Below the pieces are notes generated by a model. It was given only the letters and a program-made list of their open reading frames with translations, was not told where the DNA came from and did no database searches. A stretch of 64,000 nucleotides of DNA, from assembly GCA_004764695.1 (NCBI GenBank), contig SMSO01000025.1, forward strand, positions 682,001 to 746,000. Direction: 5' to 3'. Below are positions 24,401-33,977 of the stretch, in pieces. The translations under genes were made by a program, and so were the position numbers. The first letter of the stretch is position 1; every line of letters begins with the position of its first letter. This stretch comes from Schizochytrium sp. TIO01 (lineage: Eukaryota > Protista > Bigyra: Labyrinthulomycetes).

Positions 24401-24946
24401 CAGAAGTCGTCTACCCTGTATCTCTACTCAATCTCACGTCTTGTTTCGCCTCTTTGCGCAGTCAAGACTGATGGTATCCTTCGCGATATGGTCTTGACCA
24501 AACAGAATCTTGGTATTCGGGCGGCCGAGCTTATACTAAGTGTTGGCGAAGGCGATGTTGTTATTGCGCGGTCGTGTGATGACCAACTTCGTACAAAGGC
24601 TGTGTTTGATGTTTGGCCAGAAGACGAAGTCTCAAGCCCGTTGCGATCTCTTGCTCTTGATGGGTCTGAGGAAGCCCTTATTGTAGGCGCATCAAATGGA
24701 ACTGTGGGTTTATTACCAATGCCAAACTTCATTTCGTCTGGACCTGATGTCAAGATTCCTGTCGTTGGCACGATGGATGTAAATGCGAAAATCCAGCAGG
24801 CGAAGAATGCAGTCCTGACAAAAATTGACAAGACTCGCGTTCTCGCAACCGCTCGAGGGGTTGCTTCAGAGGCGGCAGGTGTTGCTACAAAACTCGGAAA
24901 GGGCCTATGGAGTGTATTTGGTGGAGGCAACAAAGATGGAAAGTAA
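15422..24946 (+). CDS. BEACH-domain protein (neurobeachin/LRBA/Lvs-like): LamG/ConA-like domain, helical region, PH, BEACH, WD40; 3174 aa
   Basis: BEACH signatures [69 protein letters not shown] (~22610-23450). PH-like GRLLVT...[13 protein letters not shown]. WD40 repeats (AHMDDVTAV...[18 protein letters not shown]). LamG-like YTFSTWIW...WIHLTVAH...LFVDG (~15860-16300). Confidence 0.95.
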   Translation: [3174 protein letters not shown]

Positions 24947-25030
24947 ATTCAATAGCAAGAACATCAATGCCAACATTATATGATTCATTCATGTCTTGAC
25001 GATAGAATACATCTCTGCATTACGGTTGAC

Positions 25031-25217
25031 ATAAATTTGAATGATATTATTCAAAACTAAAAAGATATATAAAGAAAAACTTTGTAAGGTTATTTTCTAC
25101 CAAATATTTTTGTGACTACGAACACATGCTCTCTGCAGTATAAATTTGAATGAGATTATTCAAATCTAAAAAAACATAAAGAAAAACTCTGTAAGGTTAT
25201 TTTCTACCAAATATTTT
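25031..25217. repeat. Imperfect direct repeat (~80 bp x2)
   Basis: ATAAATTTGAATGA.ATTATTCAAA...GTAAGGTTATTTTCTACCAAATATTTT at ~25031-25110 and ~25140-25217. Confidence 0.85.
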
Positions 25218-25951
25218 ATAGCTGCAAACACAAGTACACTGCAAAAATGGCTAAATAAACAATCCATTGAGGTAGGATTGTTATGGGGAGGGGGGGATGG
25301 TCATCAAGGCTAAATGTATAAGAAGTTATTGTTAGCAATATACGGATATAGAGGAAGATTGATTGATTAATCTGCACCCTGGCTAGACCCAAGCATCGAT
25401 TTATTTTGTTGTTTGAACAGTGATTTGGTAGAAGAACCTTTTGTAAGTCTCTCCATACAGGAAGAAAAGGAAAATGCATTGACACAGTAAGAGTTCTTGT
25501 GTGCACAACGAAGATGTGTAAATTCAATGATGTAATGCTAAGGAGAAACTAAAAGGTGGTGGCTAATTATGTAACCTCAATTAATTCTCTTTCACAAAGC
25601 ATGATATTGCAACATTAATGGTGACAGCAATACCTCAGCATCGACCTAAAGAATATTTTTTTTTCTTTTCCTGTCGGGGCCTCGAGAAGAGTGTGACATC
25701 CCTAAGTGAAGTAGGCAAAATTCCGTCTCGTATACATTCGCATTTGCTCGCCAAACGCACGGATGGGAAGTAGACTGAAGTGAAACAGGCAAGAGGAAAC
25801 TGAACAGGGGCTAAGTAACTAGCTGAGCAATCATGAAGATGATCATATAATGGCGGTAACCGCGCAGGAGGGAAGGGTGCTGTTGTATAGAGGTACGGCT
25901 AGAACTTGAGGGAGTCTAGGGCTTAAACACATATATATAAATATGCTGAGT

Positions 25952-27972
25952 TTAGTGCATGAACCCCTGGGGCTTCTTCTTCTTGTTCTTCTTCTTTTTC
26001 TTCTTCGGGCCGGATTGGTCAGAATCACTCTCTTCATCAGGGTCTACACCAGGGACGTCCATGACAGGAACATAACCCTGGTGGGACACGGGGGCATTAA
26101 GATCCATCATGGTACCGTAAGGGGGGGCAGGGGACTGCATTGGTGCGTAGGCATGCTCCTTGCGCTCCTTGAAGGCACGCGAGTCATCGATGAACTTTTT
26201 CTTGAGCTTGTCATAGAGGTCTACGTAGCGCTGCTTTTCTTCGTTAGTGACATCGTCACGCCAGATAGCCGCTGCGACTTTGGTAATGTCCTTGAGGAGG
26301 ACGTCCGGAATGTGGCGTTTAATGTACGGAACCATCCGGTTGCGGGCATCGTCCATGAAGAGAAAGTACGTGGTCTTGGGTTTCCTGTGTTAATGAACAT
26401 AATAGAAATATCGTAGCACGCGAGAGACAGAAAAGCGATTGGCAGATGATAGGGTTAGTTATTCTGGTTTGTCTTGAAAAGCCATAATAGTTCATTCTCT
26501 TTTTTTTTTTTTTCCCAGAGACGTTGGTGATGTATACGTGTTGCGTGCAAAGACGAAGGAATCGATACCACTACAATAGCAAATGTAGAGAGGAATAATC
26601 GCAACAGGAGATAATACCAATGTAAGAGTACACTCGATGGATTGGCAAGCAGTGCGTATCTGTCACAATTAATCCAAGAAACTAGGGGCAGGCACACACA
26701 GTTGTTTTCCTTTACCTCAGTTTCATAGCAAGAATATGGCAGTAGGATGCGCGGCAGAGACAATGGGAAGACAATACGTGTAGTCACACCAGACGATCGT
26801 TACTTTGTAAGTAGAAATGGAAAAACTGTGAATTGGTCCTTTTATGACCAATACATATTTTTGTTTACAAAGGGGATCGTGGCTATTGCTGTTCTTGCAT
26901 GGCCACACTCCCTGCCAGAAAGGGGCCTGCATATAATTGATACATAAGCAGCATTGGCAATTTTGGCTTCACGGTTGCAATGGGTTGAGTGTCTTTAACG
27001 AGTCGGTCTATCCAACCCGTTAGACCCTACCTTATCCCATCCCTATATGCTTGAGTCTCATTGCATTAATGTTCGTTGCCATTCAACATTCATCATGTTG
27101 GTCCTGCATGGTGTTGTCTTCGTAGTATTTCTTTCCTTGTTGGTTCCTTGCTTGAGTAAAGTACGAGAAAGTTCAAGTTCTATCTTTGTATATTTCATTC
27201 CGCCAACTGGGTCATGCAATGAGTGTTCAAATCTGGTTCTGCAGCTTCAATCACTAACACAAGGTACGCAGACCATTCGAGTTTGTATAGTTTTGCTTTA
27301 CGAAGTCTGTCTGTCACTCGTGCTTCTCGCATTTCTGACCACGTATATATATCTATATGTAAACCCTTCACTTTGGAAAAAAGGAATAGAAAAGACAGAA
27401 TCTCGCCTTCGCCTTGGTCTTGCTCTTGATGTGCATCATCTTGGTCTTCTTGGCATTGGCAGTCATCCTCAGATTTGCTGCTACAAGTTTGATCACTTAA
27501 GAAATATACTTACTTGGGCGCGTTAGGGTCTTTTCTGGACCGCTTGCGTTTTTTCCCGACATCAGCCTCCTCCATGTTGACCTTGATCTTGACGTTCTCT
27601 GGAAGCGGAAGCCCAATTTCCTCGTGTGCACGCACGTTGTACTTGTGCACAAGGAGCTCGAGCTCGTTGAAAAAGTCTGCCATCATCTTGTTGCCAGGAG
27701 GGGGCGGCGGCGGCACCATGGGCGGCAGACCCAGGTTGCGAGGGTCTACAGCCTCTGCGCCCGGCTCGCCTACGCCATGGTGCGGGTGGTGATGGTGGTG
27801 GTGCAAGCCAGGGCTGCTGCTGCATAGCACTCGCTGCCGCGGCCTGCGAGTCGAGGCCGGTAATGGGATCAATGGTGCCTGGGGGGTGTTGACTGCTATA
27901 CCAAGTGCTGTTCGGGAAAGAGGATTGATCGAGCCTTCCCACGCCAACTTTGAGGCAAAAATCATCCATCAT
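25952..27972 (-). CDS. HMG-box protein, two exons (exon 1 ends at 27514, exon 2 = 26384..25952); start uncertain (27972, 27965 or an internal Met)
   Basis: Splicing AA|GTAAGT (27513) to ACACAG|G (26385) joins in frame to give KDPNAPKKPKTTYFLFMDDAR...DITKVAAAIWRDDVTNEEKQRYVDLY, a canonical HMG-box pattern. Basic tail PKKKKKKNKKKK. Confidence 0.9.
26385..27513 (-). other. Spliceosomal intron (1129 nt, phase 2) of the HMG-box gene
   Basis: GTAAGT donor and ACACAG acceptor; splicing restores the DPNAPKKP motif. Confidence 0.85.
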
Positions 27973-29450
27973 CGATAAAGCACTTTTATTTCTACTACAT
28001 CTTATAAATCAATCCAATAAACTATTTCTGTCTTTCTTCCTTTCCTTCTTGAAGAACATTCATGATGTCAAATCATTTAATTTACTTTTTAATTTATTTA
28101 ATTTTTAAACATCTATAAAACTCCAAAGTCCACATTATCCCTTTCAGTTATTATCTCAAGGTCTCGTCAACAGGCTTCGTTTGAGCCGCCGCACTGCCAC
28201 ATTAGTACCAACAAGCTATAATAAATCATCGAAGGCTGAGGTCCAAGGAAACGAAGTGCTGCCGAGGCATCAACACTTAACTCGCTTCGAAGATTGATCA
28301 TTTTTTCCCTCTCAATAGACCAACTGAAGGATTATCCTCTTACCGTAGGCTATTATATTCACTATGCATCTCTGAGTTGCAAGTGAACTATTCTACACCA
28401 ACAAATAGACTAAACTTGACGAGCATAGTACAGGTTACCAATCACTACTAGGGGATATAAATAAATTAAAAACAAGAGACCTGAAGACTATTAGAAAGAC
28501 AGCGTCAGGAATACCTGAGGTCCTGCAATAGCTTACGCGCGTCGTACATCGTACACTATCAAGTAGCTTCTGTGCAACACTTTATTCTTTCAATATGATT
28601 TGTGTAGTTTATCCCCAGTCTCAAAGAGGTTGTTTCTTTTGTAGCTAGGTTAATAATTTCAAGAACATAAAAAACCACGAAAAAACTAAATTAAAAGTTA
28701 AATATGCCAACTATTGTCACATACAATATTCATAAGAAGATCGAAGAAGAAAGTTTCCCTTTGTTGCCAAGTCAAACCAAGTTGTGCAGATAAAGATACG
28801 TAGATAGTGCCGCAAGTCATGCACAGAGCTGCTCAATTTGGACATGATAAGAAAATCTGCCGAGCTCTGCCTCGTCGAGAAATCGGTGTTGACTGAAGCC
28901 TCTGATATAGTTGTTCGCTTCAAGTTAGCCGCCACTTCTTCATATCCTGTTCAATTTCTAGCAAGGTATAAACAAATACATACACAAACTGTACTTTGTC
29001 TCCTAAACTGAAGCGAAAGTGTTATACTTTTCATTTCCTCTTCTGCGACAAGTGAGTTTTAAAATAAAGAAATAAAGAAATAAATAGTCTAAATAAATAA
29101 TCAGTTAAAAACCAGAAAATACTCAACTGGGAAAAGGCTGTTGACAAGGCGAGGGAAAAACCTCGAGGCCTCGACGATTTCCTCGGATCTAAGCGCCACG
29201 AAGAGGGAGTCTGACGGCCAAACCCGACGCAGCGGCATACGAACACGCACGAGCTATCGATCTCCTTTGTCCGCTGCCCGCTTCTTCCGAGGAGCTTTAT
29301 TGTGCTGCTGATGTCCAGACTTGAGGAGCTCTTTGCAGCACCATCGATGACTCACATTCATGATACGTACATGTGTTAGTTACTTGCTCGCTCCTTCGCT
29401 AAGTCATTTATACGCAGTTTGCTAAGTAGAGTATTCTGGATTGCTCCACT

Positions 29451-29500
29451 TTATTCCACTTTATTCCACTTTATTCCACTTTATTCCACTTTATTCCACT
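29451..29500. repeat. 10-bp minisatellite (TTATTCCACT)x5
   Basis: Five perfect units. Confidence 0.95.
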
Positions 29501-29574
29501 GCCGTCGTCTGTTGATCTGATTCATTCATTCGCCACTGCTCTTGTGGCCTCGAAGGAGCAATCAGTTCAATCAG

Positions 29575-29724
<150 letters not shown>

Positions 29725-31778
29725 TCTCGCTTTATCAGCTCTGAGTTTGGCCCTTTAGAACCTTTCATTTACAAACTTAGTATATTTGATTGGTCGATTG
29801 GCTTTGCTTTGCTTTCCTTTGCTTCACTTTGTAACCAACCCACTAAGGTGCATTGCATTATCTTGACCTGAGTAGCAGCTACTGCTACCGACCTGCTAAG
29901 CACTGCTATTGCCTGAAGAGGGAGGCGACTTGATCATTTTTATTTACTTCAACTTCCTTTCATCTCAGTTTTGTCCATTTGCAAGCTTTCCGAGAAAGTC
30001 AACTTTCGCAGAGTCTCCATTTCCCGCCGCTGCTTTAGCTCTGTTCGGCCGCCTCTTTAGTCCACTGGCGGAGTGGGGGCCATTCCCAGCCAGAGCCAAG
30101 GGGCCGAACAGCCTTTCTTCTGCCTCGTGAACCGAGGGCGACTTAGTTCTTCATTGCAGAGCGGTTCGAGGCTCAACGACTCAACTCATGATCAATGAAA
30201 AACAAGCTGAGCTGGATTTATGATAACTTTCACATTTCATTGAAAATCAACGAAACTTAATTTCAGAAAGTTATAAAATTTCAGAATTTTATTTATAAAA
30301 ATAAAGATTATTTTAAACCCTGCCTACCTTCCACTTATTACATAGGGATATGGGTAAGAATGAGAATTCTTTTATCATGGAAAATTTAAATTCTGCTCTT
30401 CTCCACTACCACTTTTCGACCTCCGGCAACAGAGGAATTAAAATACTTCACTTGCGGAGAGTTTTGCGTCCACTTATTCGGATCGATTGGAAGAAAACCG
30501 AAAGTACCTCCCAGTGGGATGAGGGGAGAAAACGCACAGTGGAAGGCACATCCTCACGGACGTCGTGAGGGAAGAGGTTGGTATTTCAATGTGAGGGAAC
30601 GAAAGGTATGTGAGGGGATCCTCACTGGAAGGGGAAAATCCGGCCTTGCTCTTCTTCACGAGTCAGTTGGTGGCGATCGTAGAGATCTTGGAGATGATCG
30701 ATATTGACGTCAAGTTGGCTGAAGAAGCTGACGGCGGTGTTGAGAAGATACAGATGCCAGCCACCGTATAATGGAGATGGCAGGCCCTCGCAAGGTGTCA
30801 GGACCAGCTTAGGAGGCTTTCGAGGCAAGCTTTGAGGAAGGTCTTTTGCAGAGACCTCTGTGGTCCTGTGAGCTAATTAATTAGCCTCGTAGAGCTGGCT
30901 AGTGCAATGCTAGCGAATGATAGGCAGGAGATGTGGCTTCGACGAAGATGAGAACCATCGCTTCGATGTTGAGGCGTGGCTCCAGCGATGCTAACGCTGG
31001 GTCGCTGAGCAATGAGGTTCGTGGAATGGCCCTTCTACTCGGGTGACAGGAACTACCAGGGTTTGTGGACTTAGATTTAGATTTCGAGGCAAATTCGCGC
31101 TGGAGGATCGTCGTGTTAGGGGGGATTCACGGCGCGTGCAATTTATTGAGTTTGTTGAGCACCGCAATCCCACGGTCGCGATGAGAGTTTGCAGAACCTC
31201 TTCTTCGCCCTGTTTGATTGGAAATAGAGGGCTCCAGCCGAGTTCTCCATACGCAGCTGGTTCGAGCAGCGATTACATTCCTGAGAAAGTCTTGCGTTTT
31301 AAGGGACTGACTGAAATGCGCACTTAATCGCCAATGAAAATGTGCTTCCATGGCAGCTATCAACACGGCGAAGAACCGTACTCTGAAGCCTCCAAGTCTT
31401 GCTGCATAGCAAGTAGAACTTTCGAGCTCCTTCGGCGTCAAATTGAAGGCACGCTGTGGCGTCGAAATTAGACGAAGTTTATCATCGTCGGTACACACGT
31501 GTATGTCCCCGCTTCGCACACCCAGTAGTCCCCGTGTGGGTTGTGCAGTCCTCAACGCGGGTGGTGGTGGTCGTCATTCCCAATCCCTTCCGACGCATCC
31601 TTGGCAAACAGAACCGCTCTGCGTCTTCTTCTGCAAGCATTGAATCCTTTAAGCGATTGTTTCAGCCTCTGTGGAAACGCACATCGTTTCTAGAGTCGCT
31701 GACACTCTCTCGCAAGCACTGATTTTGCTATTTGCGAGGAGTTTTGGATCTTGAAATCGAGCGCTCTCGAGCACGTTG

Positions 31779-33080
31779 ATGGACCCTCAGATGCGGCGCG
31801 CCGCCATGGTGGCCGCTGACGCCGCCGGTTTGCGGCGTTGCGGTGAGGTTCTTCGTGCTGGTGGAAACGTTGCCTTCCCGACAGAGACTGTATACGGCCT
31901 TGGCGGCAACGCCCTTGATGAGCACGCAGTGGCACAGATCTTTGCCAAGAAGGGCCGACCCCTCACAGATCCTCTAATCGTTCACGTGAACGACGCTGAG
32001 GCGGCTCTTGAGCTCGTTGAGGCCCGCGGCTCCACGCTGCGACTCTTTAGGGCTCTTGCGGCTGCTTTTTGGCCTGGGCCTCTGACAATGGTGCTTCGTG
32101 CGAGCCCCAAGGTGCCGAGCTCCGTTTGCGCTGGCACGGGCTTCGTCGGCGTGAGGAGCCCAGACCACGAGATCGCTCGGCGCCTTATAGCGGAGTCTGG
32201 GGTACCCATTGCAGCTCCCTCTGCTAATAGGTTTGGACATGTGAGCCCAACCTCTGCAGAGCATGTCATGTACGACCTCGCTGACCAGGACCTGCTCATC
32301 GTTGATGGAGGAGACCTCTCCAGTGGCGTCTGTACCGTCGGGATCGAGTCCACAGTGCTCAGAGTCGCAGACCCTGAAGTTGACGATGATGACGATGACT
32401 TTAACGAACATGATGAGGCCTGCAGCGAATCCCAAAACGCCAGCAAGAACGCGGCACCCCGAGAGCTGGTGCTGTTCCGTAAAGGTGGCGTACCGGAGAC
32501 GGAGCTGCGAAGAGTACTGGACGAGGCAGGATTTGTTAACACAAGGATTGTAGAGCCAAAACGCCCCAGTAGCAAGAAGATCAAGGAACAAGAGACTTCT
32601 GAGGGTGAACAAGAAGAAGGGGCAATGGCACCGGGACAGTCAGTGACACATTATGCGCCGGACATTGACACTTGGCTCCTTCGTAAGCAGGAGGTGAGTG
32701 TACTTGTGGATGCAGAAGGAAAGCCGCAGAAAGCGGTGTTGAAGCGGGAGAAGGATGGCCTCGAGGAGGGAGAAGAATCAGGCGAGAACGATGAAACTGA
32801 AGTGGAGCTTGCGACGTGCGTTGTGCTAGACTTTGGAGGAGAGCTCAAGGTGCTGGAGCCACATGTTCTTGGATACTTGGAACTTAGCAAGGAAGGGGAT
32901 GCAGCTGAAGCTGCACGGAGCCTCTTTAGTGGTCTTCGCTGGACGGAAACTACCACCGCACAACACGTGCTTATTCAGGACGCATCACATGCCAGTGGTG
33001 CACTCGCGGCCTCCGTTGCAGACCGCATGTTCCGGGCTGCCTCTGGTAAGGTGGCCGCCAACCTTCATGTGCAAATGTAG
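31779..33080 (+). CDS. SUA5: Threonylcarbamoyl-AMP synthase Sua5 (YrdC + SUA5 domains)
   Basis: VAFPTETVYGLG, KGRPLTDPLIVH, FWPGPLT, AAPSANRFG..SPT.AEHV, GIESTV, linker PGQSVTHYAP, C-terminal AARSLFSGLR and DRMFRAA. First ATG is 31779; the track start at 31776 is TTG. Confidence 0.95.
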   Translation: MDPQMRRAAMVAADAAGLRRCGEVLRAGGNVAFPTETVYGLGGNALDEHAVAQIFAKKGRPLTDPLIVHVNDAEAALELVEARGSTLRLFRALAAAFWPGPLTMVLRASPKVPSSVCAGTGFVGVRSPDHEIARRLIAESGVPIAAPSANRFGHVSPTSAEHVMYDLADQDLLIVDGGDLSSGVCTVGIESTVLRVADPEVDDDDDDFNEHDEACSESQNASKNAAPRELVLFRKGGVPETELRRVLDEAGFVNTRIVEPKRPSSKKIKEQETSEGEQEEGAMAPGQSVTHYAPDIDTWLLRKQEVSVLVDAEGKPQKAVLKREKDGLEEGEESGENDETEVELATCVVLDFGGELKVLEPHVLGYLELSKEGDAAEAARSLFSGLRWTETTTAQHVLIQDASHASGALAASVADRMFRAASGKVAANLHVQM

Positions 33081-33977
33081 AATCTCATCACCCTCAAACA
33101 AATGACACACAAAATGCCGTAAGGTTTTAGGCTCCCGCACTGTGTGATTTCAGAACTAGGCGATAGCACTAGTAGTTAGCTCATTCATGTTGTATTCCTA
33201 ACATCCACTCTGCATGAAATATTTGAATACCTGCTGCCACGGGTCTTTTTTATTTCGACCGTTTTTGATAGCTCGCGTGCCCTTGCACCCGCGCCAGTAG
33301 TATTAAATTTGCACATATTTTTCCAATTTTCCCTCTCAGATTTGTTGTTTTGGAGCTGATTTTCTCAATAGTACCATTACACTTTTAAAATGCACCCAGG
33401 GGAGATGAATTACGAATATTCATTGGATGTAGCATGATTCCGGTAGGTGAAATCATGATCAAGATAGAATCAAGAACCTGGTAAATTTTGAAGTGCTCCC
33501 AAAAATGAATTTTATATGAAGTATCAAACAACTTCAATTTTCTCGAAATAATGCTACCTGCAACTTGTTCAATTGAGCAAAACAAGCTATAATCAAAATA
33601 ACTCATATCCTATATTTCTTATTTGTATTTTAAGTATACGAAGTTTTACTGTCTCAAGACTGTTTTCAACGCATTGCGAGATTTTAGCAAATAATCAGAT
33701 TGTAATTTTATTTTTATTTATTGATGCATTCGTTGTGATAATCAATGTTGAAGAAGAACTTTCGAGAGGAGTAGCTTCGCAACCTCCGCTGTTACGCACA
33801 AATTCCTTTATCAGTAATTGCCGAAATATGAGTAACATTGGCTATTGCTTATAAGGTGCCCTGACATGCTCAAAAAGACGATATTTACACATCTGAGGCG
33901 TGAAAGGTTGGGATTGTTGCCAGTTCAACCCCTTTGCTCGAGCCAAGGAAGCAATGAGCCAGCTTTAAAGAAGCACT

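Noticed and set aside
27047-27526. 159-aa hydrophobic plus-strand ORF
   Set aside because: Lies antisense, almost entirely within the HMG intron; hydrophobicity reflects T-richness.
28717-28950. Possible extra upstream exon of the HMG gene (CAG|GATATGAAGAAGTGGCG...)
   Set aside because: Acceptor-like site and open frame only; no convincing donor or in-frame link.
30550-30626. Small hairpins CCTCACG...CGTGAGG and GTGAGG...CCTCAC
   Set aside because: 6-7-bp stems are expected by chance; no larger structure evident.
31974-32612. 200-212-aa minus-strand ORFs over SUA5
   Set aside because: Antisense to a well-supported gene; no independent motifs.
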